Part shown: piece after piece, positions 1-7,588 of the stretch
Numbering within the stretch: position 1 is the stretch's first letter
How the letters are laid out: the number at the start of each line of letters is the position of its first letter
Origin: Armatimonadota bacterium
GTDB lineage: Bacteria; Armatimonadota; UBA10988
Assembly (NCBI GenBank): GCA_016235455.1
Contig: JACRKZ010000062.1
Location: 1 to 32,331, forward strand
Length of the DNA: 32,331 nucleotides
Direction of reading: 5' to 3'
Notes under the pieces: generated by a model
The model's input: only the letters and a program-made list of their open reading frames with translations
Databases searched by the model: none
What the model was told of the DNA's origin: nothing
Program-made: the position numbers and the translations under genes

Positions 1-10
1 CTGGTACCAT
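1..10 (-). CDS. 5' end of a gene running off the left edge (Met-Val-Pro...), probably the first gene of a Trp-regulated operon
   Basis: Minus strand reads GAGGGAG-ccgcgg-ATG GTA CCA G, directly downstream of the Trp attenuator terminator. Only 3 codons are visible, so the identity (e.g. trpE) is inference. Confidence 0.5.
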
Positions 11-54
11 CCGCGGCTCCCTCGCTGGTTGGGATCCGGCCAGCCCCTGGTCAT

Positions 55-87
55 GAAACAACCACGGGGCTCTGCCGCTCCCGTGGT
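55..87 (-). terminator. Attenuator terminator hairpin (3:4)
   Basis: Minus strand ACCACGGG-a-GC-ggcaga-GC-CCCGTGGT followed by TGTTTC (short U-rich tail). Confidence 0.7.
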
Positions 88-134
88 CTCGTTGCTCACA
101 ACACATTCAGCCAACGCGCGACGACGGGACACAC

Positions 135-185
135 CTACCAGGTGCGCCACCACCACTGTCGATTCGTCGTTGAGCCAGCTTGCAT
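135..185 (-). CDS. trpL: Tryptophan attenuator leader peptide, 16 aa: MQAGSTTNRQWWWRTW
   Basis: ATG CAA GCT GGC TCA ACG ACG AAT CGA CAG TGG TGG TGG CGC ACC TGG TAG. Three tandem Trp codons plus a fourth; the WWRT motif matches enterobacterial TrpL; alternative hairpins follow. Confidence 0.88.
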   Translation of the reverse strand: MQAGSTTNRQWWWRTW

Positions 186-192
186 GGTGAGG

Positions 193-222
193 AGTATGGC
201 AGAGGGGCGGCGTGGGTGTCAA
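193..222 (-). promoter_or_regulatory. sigma70-type promoter for the trp leader
   Basis: TTGACA (222-217), 18 nt, CATACT (198-193). The leader ATG starts 7 nt after the -10 box. Confidence 0.8.
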
Positions 223-277
223 GGGGCGATCAGGCGTGAGTCACGGCTTGGACCGCCCCATGATTCTCGCCTCGCGT

Positions 278-725
278 TCACCGCAACATCAGCCACCCCA
301 CCAACGCCCCCGTGCAACCAGCCTTGCCCCGCGAGCCAGCCGGCTCCATCTGGTCGACCACGGATTTGGCTTCGGCCAGGCCCAGCCCGGTCTCCTCGCG
401 AAGTCGCTTGATGGCCTGGATCTTCTGGCCGGTGGCCAGCAGCCGCCGCAGTTCGTCGCCCAGCTCGGTGGTGATGCGCACCTTGCGCGTGGTCAGCACC
501 TGCTCGCTCGAACCCGAGGTCAGCGCCTTGGCTGCCAGGCTGGCCGACTCCCGGCTCAGGCCGCCGGCGCTGCTGAGCAGATTGATGGCCTGCTCGCGCT
601 GCCCCGACCGGAGCCTCGCCCGCCGACGACGGCGCGGTGATCCCGGCGTGCACGGCACGGCCACAGTAGGGGCAGGTCTGGTCGGTCCTGGCAATCTCGT
701 TCTGGCAGGCGGGGCACTGGGGCAA
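278..725 (-). pseudogene. Frameshifted zinc-ribbon + ribosomal L7/L12 C-terminal-like domain protein
   Basis: GGAG RBS and TTG at 725 open MPQCPACQ...TCPYCG (two CxxC). The +1 frame from about 620 encodes RSGQREQAINLL...ATGQKIQAIKRLREETGLGLAEAKSVVD (L7/L12-CTD-like) and a hydrophobic tail, with stop at 278. Confidence 0.65.
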
Positions 726-741
726 CGGTGGTCTCCACCCC

Positions 742-771
742 AGCTTGGCACTCTGGGCAGGGGCCTGTCAA
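742..771 (-). promoter_or_regulatory. Putative sigma70 promoter for the zinc-ribbon/L7-L12-like gene
   Basis: TTGACA (771-766), 18 nt, CAAGCT (747-742), with TG at the extended -10 position; it lies upstream of the GGAG RBS. Confidence 0.5.
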
Positions 772-831
772 TCACCCGGGCGACGAAGGCATTGGGGCCA
801 TGGCGTCCAAACCCACGGCGGCAGGAACGTC

Positions 832-1605
832 GTGCCAGATCTGAACGCGCGTTGGGTGTGGACCGTCCGGCTGCTGGGCGGTTTGCGCGTCGAGGGTCGC
901 CATGTCGCTTCACTGCTGGCCCGGCAAGCCACGCGCCGACTGGACCTGCCCGAACGGCAGCGCGCCTTGCGCGCCACCACCGCCTGGGGCCACGACCTGC
1001 TTCCGGCGCCGCTGCGGCGTCTCCTCTGTCAGGTCAGCGCGTTCCGCGGCGCGTTCACCGGCGCGGCGGCCAGGGCGGTGAGCGGCGAGAGCCTGGCCGA
1101 GACGTTTCTGGCGCAACGACGGGGCTACTGCTGGTGACCAGTCGCGAGAATGGTGACGAACTGCGTTGGGGCATTTTGGAGACGCTGCGCGAACGGCTGG
1201 GCCAGACCGCCGCGCCGGCGCCGTGCAGGCTGGTTCTTCGGCATCGTGGCCGAACTGGACCGGCACCGCAACGAAGCCGACGTACTGGACCACATCGATC
1301 GGACCAGGAGCGAGCTCAACGAGCTGCGTGCGGCCGTCGTCTCGCTGCTGTGTGTCGCCGGCCAACTGGAGGGCGCCGTGCGGCTGTCGGGCTGGGTGGA
1401 CCCGCGGATCGCCGCCGAGCCTGAGGAGTACCATCCGCTGGAACTGGCCGCCTATCACCAGAGCCGCGGCGCCGCTGCCTCGGCCTGCACGCCGGAACGC
1501 CTGGCGGCGCTGCAAGCCGACGGCGCGGCGTGGTCCGACGAGACCGCCATCGAGGCCATGATCGCCATGCTGCGTGCCGTGGTTACCGGCGAAAGCCTGC
1601 TCTGA
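832..1605 (+). pseudogene. Collapsed remnant of an AfsR/STAND-type (wHTH-BTAD-NB-ARC-TPR) transcriptional regulator
   Basis: Successive fragments in three frames: N-terminal WTVRLLGGLRVE; post-NB-ARC LPERQRALRATTAWGHDLL...VSAFRGAFTGAAARAV; LLVTS...RWGILETLRE; and C-terminal AVRLSGW...PLELAAY...ALQADGAAWSDETAIEA. No P-loop, BTAD or TPR array remains. Confidence 0.7.
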
Positions 1606-1613
1606 GAGCGGCT

Positions 1614-1646
1614 TCTATGAGTTCTCTATGGGCCCTGCGCTAGACT
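1614..1646 (+). promoter_or_regulatory. Direct repeats with 11-bp period plus a -10-like box (SARP/AfsR-type promoter architecture)
   Basis: TCTATG at 1614 and 1625, then TAGACT at 1641-1646, immediately after the AfsR-like remnant. Confidence 0.4.
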
Positions 1647-1722
1647 GATGGCATGGGTCGCGGGAGCCAGGGCCCGAGGGGACCAGCAGGAGGTGGGCCG
1701 CTCCCGCTCCGACCCAATCCAT

Positions 1723-1761
1723 GTGGCCGGGCCGGTTTGACACCCGAACCGGCTCGGCCAC
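1723..1761. terminator. 15-bp stem hairpin between convergent genes
   Basis: GTGGCCGGGCCGGTT (1723-1737) pairs with AACCGGCTCGGCCAC (1747-1761), with one G-U pair on the + strand. There is no clear U-tract. Confidence 0.5.
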
Positions 1762-1779
1762 CTCCGGGGGGAAGTCGGG

Positions 1780-3201
1780 TCAAAAGCTCAGCAGCATCTG
1801 CCAGATGAACCCATTGCCCGCACCGTCGATCCCCCGCCAGATGCGTTCCATCATGGCGACATCGCCACGAATGTCGCCGGTCTCGGCCACGATCTGCTCC
1901 CACGGCAGGCAGACGCCCGCCTCGGTCGTGCCGTTGTGGCCGGCCATACCCGCCAGCGTCGCGCGCGCCGCGGGTGAGTCGCCGCTTTCCGCGGGCGGCA
2001 TCGCGGTGGGCGCGGCGTAGTCGTCATAGACGCCGCACTCGTGCGCCGTATCGGTGAGTACCCGCATGTTCTCGATGCTCGTGTCGTTCTGCATGATGGC
2101 CGAGCTGTCCAGCATGTAGCCGCCGTCGGCGGCCACTTCGGTGATGATGCGGCGCACCAGGTCGGCCACGGCTTCGGGCTTGCCGTAGCTCAGCAGCACA
2201 TTGGGCACGCCGCCCGACAGCGCGAACTTGTCGTGCAATCGCCGATGCGTCTCGAAGATGTCGTCGCGGTCGACGTGGAAGACGATGCTGCGGTCGGGCA
2301 GTTCGCGGAACGAGTCGAAGTGCGCGCCCCACTTGCCTTCGCCATAGAACAGCGTCTGCCGCCCGTTCTTCCAGAACTCCTCGATGATCGGCCGCAGCGT
2401 GGGCCAGTAGTGGCTGGCATACTGGCTCGGCGTGACGAAGGGCACGCAGCCGCGGTGCATCCAGAAGCCGATGGGCAGCGTGCCCGTCGGGTCGCCGCTG
2501 GCCAGACCCATGTGGCAAAGATGCGGCATCAGTGCTTCGCAGGCGGCGAGCACCTTGTCGGGCTGGGTGTACATATCCATGGTCAGGCCGAGGTAGCCGC
2601 GCAGCTTGTCGGCGATGATGTCGAACGGCGCCTTGAAGATGCCGGCGATGGAGCAGGGCATCCCGCACTCGTCGCGCAGCCGCGCCACCTGCGGGCCAAA
2701 GGCTGTGAAGTACTCCTGCATGGCCCACGACGCCTTGACCAGGGCGGCCCTGGCGCGGTATCCGCCGCGGCCGACTTCGGTGGAGACGCGCGGCAACCAG
2801 GTCTCGTAGAGGTAGCCGGTGGGGTCGGCGATGAGCGCGTCGTACTCATCCTCGCCCATGAACGCCTGGTCCTCGGGTGGCTCGATGTAGTTGAAGCCGA
2901 TGTCGGCCGGCACATGGATGCCGGGGATGCCGTAGTAGCGCAGGCCGAGGGTTTGGGCCAGGCCGGTCCAGACATAGACCATGTTGGGCACGACGGCGTC
3001 CCAGTCGAAGTCGGCGGCGCACTTGACGGCCGCCTCGAAGGCGCGGTGGTAGTCGTGGACGACGTCTTGGCAGGTCATGCCCGCGTACTTGGCGGTGAAC
3101 TCGGCGACGAACGGCCGGATCGGCACGCGGTCGGGCTTCTCGTTGCGCAGAGCGGTGACGTAGCGGTTCAGGCGGGACTGGTAGAGCTGCTCGTTGGACA
3201 T
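1780..3201 (-). CDS. Uroporphyrinogen decarboxylase / methylcobamide methyltransferase-like (URO-D family) protein, 473 aa
   Basis: N-terminal EKPDRVP, KAPFDIIADKLRG...DMYTQPDKV, YWPTLRPII, LSGGVPNVLLSYGKPEAV...GGYML..., ENMRVL; about 80-aa C-terminal extension. Confidence 0.85.
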   Translation of the reverse strand: MSNEQLYQSRLNRYVTALRNEKPDRVPIRPFVAEFTAKYAGMTCQDVVHDYHRAFEAAVKCAADFDWDAVVPNMVYVWTGLAQTLGLRYYGIPGIHVPADIGFNYIEPPEDQAFMGEDEYDALIADPTGYLYETWLPRVSTEVGRGGYRARAALVKASWAMQEYFTAFGPQVARLRDECGMPCSIAGIFKAPFDIIADKLRGYLGLTMDMYTQPDKVLAACEALMPHLCHMGLASGDPTGTLPIGFWMHRGCVPFVTPSQYASHYWPTLRPIIEEFWKNGRQTLFYGEGKWGAHFDSFRELPDRSIVFHVDRDDIFETHRRLHDKFALSGGVPNVLLSYGKPEAVADLVRRIITEVAADGGYMLDSSAIMQNDTSIENMRVLTDTAHECGVYDDYAAPTAMPPAESGDSPAARATLAGMAGHNGTTEAGVCLPWEQIVAETGDIRGDVAMMERIWRGIDGAGNGFIWQMLLSF

Positions 3202-3269
3202 GGCAAGGACCTCTCGTAACTAGCGCTCGCGGCGAAGGCGGCGCGGTGAGCTGTGTGGCGTGGAGCGGG

Positions 3270-5357
3270 TCAGTGGCGGGCCTCCGGCGCAGAGGGCGTC
3301 TGGTTGCCGCGGAGGGCGACATGGTCGCAATCCTGCAGGTAGAGCCAATTGAGCCCTGAGTCGTTGGCAAGGCCCACCGGGCTGGGCGCGTCGGCGGGGT
3401 AGTCGATGCTGTTGCCGATGATCTGCAGGCCGTCGACATTGTGAACGACGAGCGGCGCGGTCGACGAGCGGCCGAAGTCGTTGTCGATGATCGTCAGGTT
3501 GGTGACCGGCCTGGCCGTGAAGCGGCGCGCGTTGCTGCCGCCGCCCGGCGGGTGCATGGAGACGCTGATCGCGGCGGCGTCCGGCGGTGAATCGAGGAAG
3601 CGGTTGTGGCGAATGACCAGGTCGCGGGCGAAGGGACCCTCCATCCAAGGTCCCCAAGTCTCGAACTGGATCGCCAGCCCGTGCCCCACATTCTGCAGGG
3701 TGTTGTTCTCAATGAGCCCGCCCGGTGAGCCGTTGATCAGCGTGCGCTGGAAGTTGTCGTGCAGCCAGCAGTTGCGCAGGACGAAGCCGCCGGCCGACTG
3801 CTTGCCATCCAGCACCACCAGCGCGAGCGGCGGGAGTTCCAGCGGCGTATCGAGCGCCACCAGGGTCTCGCCCTTCGCCTGGTATCGGTCGCCGATGGGC
3901 AGCGACGGGCCATCGGGTGTCGCCTTGACCGAGACCACCTTGGCAACGCCCAACAAGTCGACCGAGCGTTGATCGCGGAACTCGAGGCTGTCGCCTGCGG
4001 CATAGGCGCCCTGGAGGTAGTAGGAGCGCGCGTCGACCCGCTGCACGACGCGGCCGAAACTGCCGTGGATGTTGAGGTTGTCATCGGCGCCGTAGGCCAG
4101 CTCGCAGCGGTCGAGCACGGGGCCACGGTCGGCGCCGGCCAGGTGGAAGATGTCGGCGCCGAAGGCCTGCAGGCGGTTGGTCCGCGGGCGCCGCGTGGCG
4201 CGCACCCGCCGGTAGACGTGCCCGCCCGCGCCGCCGCCCTCGTTCACCGCCATGCCCGGGCTGGACCACACGTTGACATCCTCAAAGCGCATGCTCCCGC
4301 AGTTGACCGAACGCAGCGCGGCACCGGTGCGGATGGTGCCGACCACGTAGTCACCTGCCTGGAGCACGGCGGGGATCCCGGCCAACTCGATGTCGCGGCA
4401 CACGATGCTCTTGCCGTCCTCGGCCTGTTGCCAGGTCCCGGGGCTGTGACGGTGGTTGATGAACGTCCCGTCCGCCCGGTAGAACATGAGCGCGCGCTTG
4501 CCGCCGACCTCCGCCTCGCCGTTCGCGTTACGCGGTTCGTAGCCCGCCGCGATCGTCGCGCGGAGGGTCTTGGCCCCGCGGTCGATGTCGGCGACGCGCG
4601 CCTGGAACCAGCAGGGGAGCGCAAAGTCGATACTCAGGCCGCGCACGGTCACGTTGCGGCACGACTCGAACAGGAGCGCATGCACCATGGGCGGCTCAAA
4701 CCAGAAGGTCACGCCGTCCGCGACAATCTCCAGGTTTTCGAGGCCGGCCAGTGTGGACGCCCTGCTCCAGTCGGCGTGAAACAGGTAGTCGCCCGGCGGG
4801 ATGACGATCCGGCCGAGTTTGTTCGCCGACGCCTCACGGATGGCGCGCAGGATGTCCTGGCCCCTGGTGCGGAGGCCGGCCCTGACCTCTGCGCTCCATT
4901 GCGGGTAGCCGGTCGTCAGGTCAGGAGACCAGCGCGAGAGCTGGGGTTCGGGCAGGATGTCGAGTGCCATGTCTACGCGCGCCGGTCCCGAGCCCGCGGT
5001 GAGGCGGAAGCTGATGTCCGATCGCGCGGCCAGATCACAAAGGGGCACGTCGAAGCCGTGGCGGATAGCGTCCTGTGCGTTCAGCGCGCGGCTCCAGATT
5101 GCATGACCATCGACCAGGATGTCGAACACCGCGTTCGCGTTGGCCGACGTTTTGGTGAGGTGACCGACCACGCGGACGCTGCCCTTGGACGGGGTGGCCC
5201 AATGCCGCACCGCGTCTCGACCGGGCTGGGCTTCGAGGGTCGTGGCGATTCTCACCAGGGCATCGTCGAACCCGGATCCGCCGGGAGTCTCGCCGCGCAG
5301 TGGCGCGGACGCGCCGAGCACGATCAGGATCTGGCGGACGATGCACGGTGCCGTCAT
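3270..5357 (-). CDS. Right-handed parallel beta-helix protein, GH110 alpha-galactosidase-like, with an extra N-terminal domain
   Basis: IVIPPGDY, FESCRNVTVRGLSID, GADIFHL...ELAYGADDNLNIHG, GGLIENNTL, WMEGPFARDLVIRHNRF. Start placed at ATG 5357 behind GAGGAG. Confidence 0.75.
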   Translation of the reverse strand: MTAPCIVRQILIVLGASAPLRGETPGGSGFDDALVRIATTLEAQPGRDAVRHWATPSKGSVRVVGHLTKTSANANAVFDILVDGHAIWSRALNAQDAIRHGFDVPLCDLAARSDISFRLTAGSGPARVDMALDILPEPQLSRWSPDLTTGYPQWSAEVRAGLRTRGQDILRAIREASANKLGRIVIPPGDYLFHADWSRASTLAGLENLEIVADGVTFWFEPPMVHALLFESCRNVTVRGLSIDFALPCWFQARVADIDRGAKTLRATIAAGYEPRNANGEAEVGGKRALMFYRADGTFINHRHSPGTWQQAEDGKSIVCRDIELAGIPAVLQAGDYVVGTIRTGAALRSVNCGSMRFEDVNVWSSPGMAVNEGGGAGGHVYRRVRATRRPRTNRLQAFGADIFHLAGADRGPVLDRCELAYGADDNLNIHGSFGRVVQRVDARSYYLQGAYAAGDSLEFRDQRSVDLLGVAKVVSVKATPDGPSLPIGDRYQAKGETLVALDTPLELPPLALVVLDGKQSAGGFVLRNCWLHDNFQRTLINGSPGGLIENNTLQNVGHGLAIQFETWGPWMEGPFARDLVIRHNRFLDSPPDAAAISVSMHPPGGGSNARRFTARPVTNLTIIDNDFGRSSTAPLVVHNVDGLQIIGNSIDYPADAPSPVGLANDSGLNWLYLQDCDHVALRGNQTPSAPEARH

Positions 5358-5512
5358 GCGTTGAGCGCTCCTCTGCGCAATGCCCCTCAACCCCCAGGGG
5401 TCCGCCGGCCAGGGCGCGATTCCTCCTTGGCCCTCTCGCCCATGTCAGTTCCATCACGCCGCGCCATGCTGTTTCGTGCCATGCGACAAACGCCTGGCAG
5501 GGAGACCACAGA

Positions 5513-6127
5513 ATGCGCAAGGGAGTTGAGCGAGTCGGACTGCTGCTGGCGGCGTTGGCCATGGTCATGGTGAGCGCGCCGGCCCGGGCGGGTGTCACGT
5601 TGGGCAACCTTCAGGCTGCCTACAACGGTGAGTCCAATGCCCGACTCAAGTACATGGCCTACGCCAAGCAGGCCGACCAGGAGGGCTATGCTCGCGTGGC
5701 GCAGTTGTTCCGCGCGGCGGCCCGGGCCGAGGGCCTGCACGCGTCGAACCACTCCAAGGTCATCGCCAAGCTGGGAGCCACGGCGGCCAACAAGATCGCC
5801 ACGCCGGCGCCCAAGTCCACGCTGGAGAACCTGCGCGACGCGGTCAAGGGCGAGACCTATGAGCGCGACGTGATGTACCCCGAATTCCTGGCCGCGGCCG
5901 AGAAGGAGAATCAGGACGACGCGTTCCTGACCTTCGCTCAAGCCAAGTCGGCCGAGGCCGAGCACGCGCGCCTCTACCAGCTGGCCATCGACACGCTTCC
6001 GCAATGGAAGACGGCCGTCGCCGGTTTCTGGGTCTGCCCGACCTGTGGCTACACCACCGAGACCGCGCCGGCCAAGGACTGCCCGGTATGCTCCACGGGC
6101 AAAGAGAAGTACCTGCTGGTCTCCTGA
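5513..6127 (+). CDS. Rubrerythrin with N-terminal signal peptide
   Basis: GGAG RBS and ATG 5513; MRKGVERVGLLLAALAMVMVSAPARA leader; diiron motifs GESNA..Y, AEGLH, GETYE..MY, AEAEH; C-terminal rubredoxin CPTC...CPVC. Confidence 0.9.
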   Translation: MRKGVERVGLLLAALAMVMVSAPARAGVTLGNLQAAYNGESNARLKYMAYAKQADQEGYARVAQLFRAAARAEGLHASNHSKVIAKLGATAANKIATPAPKSTLENLRDAVKGETYERDVMYPEFLAAAEKENQDDAFLTFAQAKSAEAEHARLYQLAIDTLPQWKTAVAGFWVCPTCGYTTETAPAKDCPVCSTGKEKYLLVS

Positions 6128-6139
6128 GACGTCGGCCGC

Positions 6140-7570
6140 TCAGTCCCAGTCCGGCCCCATGCCGCCGTAGCCCCACACGGCGGCATGGCCGGGCGGGACG
6201 GGCGCCAGCCGCGCTGGCGGGGCCAGTCGACTGGCCAGATCGATGCTGGCCTCGACGATGCTGCGACCGGCATCCACGGCCAGTGTGGAGTATGAAGTGA
6301 GCAGCGTCTCGTAGCCGCCGCCATCGGCCGCGAAGGGCGCATCGCCCGGCACATAGCCCACGCAGCCGTTGGCCAGCTCCACCACGAAGGTCAGCGGACA
6401 GGTCGAGCCGGCCTTGATGGCCAGGCCCAGCGCGCAGAACAGCTCGGCCGGGTTGGCCACCAGCACGGCGTCGCCCAGACGGATGCCCTGCACGCGCACC
6501 GGCAGTTCGGGCGATACGCGCTGCAGATGCGCGGCGATGAGCCGCTCCTTGGCGAAGGTGAACTCGGGATTGAGCTGGCCGCTGACCACACCCGCCTCGA
6601 CCACCTCGCGCGCTCGGGCCACGCGATCGGGGCTGGGCACGCGGCGCGGTATGGGCAGGATGGTCTCGGCCACGCCCAGGGACCAGGTCGCTTCGGGCTC
6701 GGCCGAGGCCAGCACCTTGACCACTTCGCCGCCGACGCGTGTGCCCACACGGCGGCTCCAGGCCTCGCCGAACTCCGATGGGCGTGGATGGCGGTTGTCC
6801 ACCTGCGTCACATCGCCGCTGGCGCCCTGCAGAAAGACCACCTCGGCGCCCGCGTGGACCGCCTGCACCGTCTGCTCGGTGTAGTAGACCCAGTCGGCCG
6901 AGATGCCGCCGGGCGCGACCGTGCAATGGCAGGTGTAGTTGACCAGGCAGCCCAGCAGTCGCCCGTCGTCGGACCAAGCCGAGATCACCCCGACTTGCGG
7001 GTCGGTCGGCCCGGCGGGCTCGAGGATGTCGGGGTTGCCTTTGCCTGGATGCGTGGCCGACCGGCCGTTGGCCATGTGGAAGCGGCGGTTGTGGGCCACC
7101 TGATCCTCAACGCCACAGCCGGCCGCCAGCCCGGCCGGCTGGCGCCGGCGATGGGCTTCGGCCACGGCGCTGATCGTCTGGCGCACGGCCCAGTCGATGT
7201 ACAGCGGGTCGCCCTCGACCGAGAACTCCGTGGCCAATCGCTTCACCAACGGCTCGGCGTCGGCCAGCAGCGCCGGGTCGAAGTCCCACAACGGCCCGCC
7301 GCTGTGCGTATGCGATGCCGCCAGCAGTACATTGCCGGCGGGAATGCCGACGGCCGCCTCGATGCCCTCGGCCATGCGCCGGGCGATGTGGCCCGGCAGG
7401 ATGCAGGTGTCGATGCCGACCACGGCGACGGTGGTCGGGCCGTCGTCGAACACGGCGGCACGCACCTTCAGCGGGTCATGGCAGGCCGTATGGGTGACCT
7501 TCATGTAGTCGCCGGGCCGTTCCATGCCCAGCGCGGGGGTGATGTCGACGCAGTGGAATCCAGCCTGCAT
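6140..7570 (-). CDS. Neutral/alkaline ceramidase-like hydrolase, 476 aa
   Basis: AGFHCVDITP, HDPLKVRAAVF, AASHTHSGG, HNRRF, GPTDPQV, VNYTCH, ISADW, FLQGASGDV, PAELF, ELANGCVGYVP...GGYET. Confidence 0.82.
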   Translation of the reverse strand: MQAGFHCVDITPALGMERPGDYMKVTHTACHDPLKVRAAVFDDGPTTVAVVGIDTCILPGHIARRMAEGIEAAVGIPAGNVLLAASHTHSGGPLWDFDPALLADAEPLVKRLATEFSVEGDPLYIDWAVRQTISAVAEAHRRRQPAGLAAGCGVEDQVAHNRRFHMANGRSATHPGKGNPDILEPAGPTDPQVGVISAWSDDGRLLGCLVNYTCHCTVAPGGISADWVYYTEQTVQAVHAGAEVVFLQGASGDVTQVDNRHPRPSEFGEAWSRRVGTRVGGEVVKVLASAEPEATWSLGVAETILPIPRRVPSPDRVARAREVVEAGVVSGQLNPEFTFAKERLIAAHLQRVSPELPVRVQGIRLGDAVLVANPAELFCALGLAIKAGSTCPLTFVVELANGCVGYVPGDAPFAADGGGYETLLTSYSTLAVDAGRSIVEASIDLASRLAPPARLAPVPPGHAAVWGYGGMGPDWD

Positions 7571-7588
7571 GGCGCTGCTCCGGCCGAC

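Noticed and set aside
278-620. Calling the L7/L12-like ORF rplL
   Set aside because: It lacks the N-terminal dimerisation domain and rplJ/rpoB context, and has a zinc ribbon and hydrophobic tail instead.
610-650. Programmed frameshift in the zinc-ribbon/L7-L12-like gene
   Set aside because: No slippery heptamer, homopolymer run or in-frame stop at the junction; mutation or sequencing error is simpler.
1653-1808. 51-aa leaderless ORF (MGRGSQGPRG...) after TAGACT
   Set aside because: Low-complexity Gly/Pro/Arg sequence, poor codon bias, and it overlaps the convergent gene.
1780-3201. Assigning hemE
   Set aside because: No RQAGR motif and too long; only a family-level call is supported.
5300-5512. 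Long N-terminal extensions given by the ORF track (also 8510-8560, 11618-11929, 11830-11964, 16116-16433, 16492-16878, 23482-23652)
   Set aside because: They overlap promoters or neighbouring genes and are not protein-like; downstream starts with an RBS or -10 box fit better.
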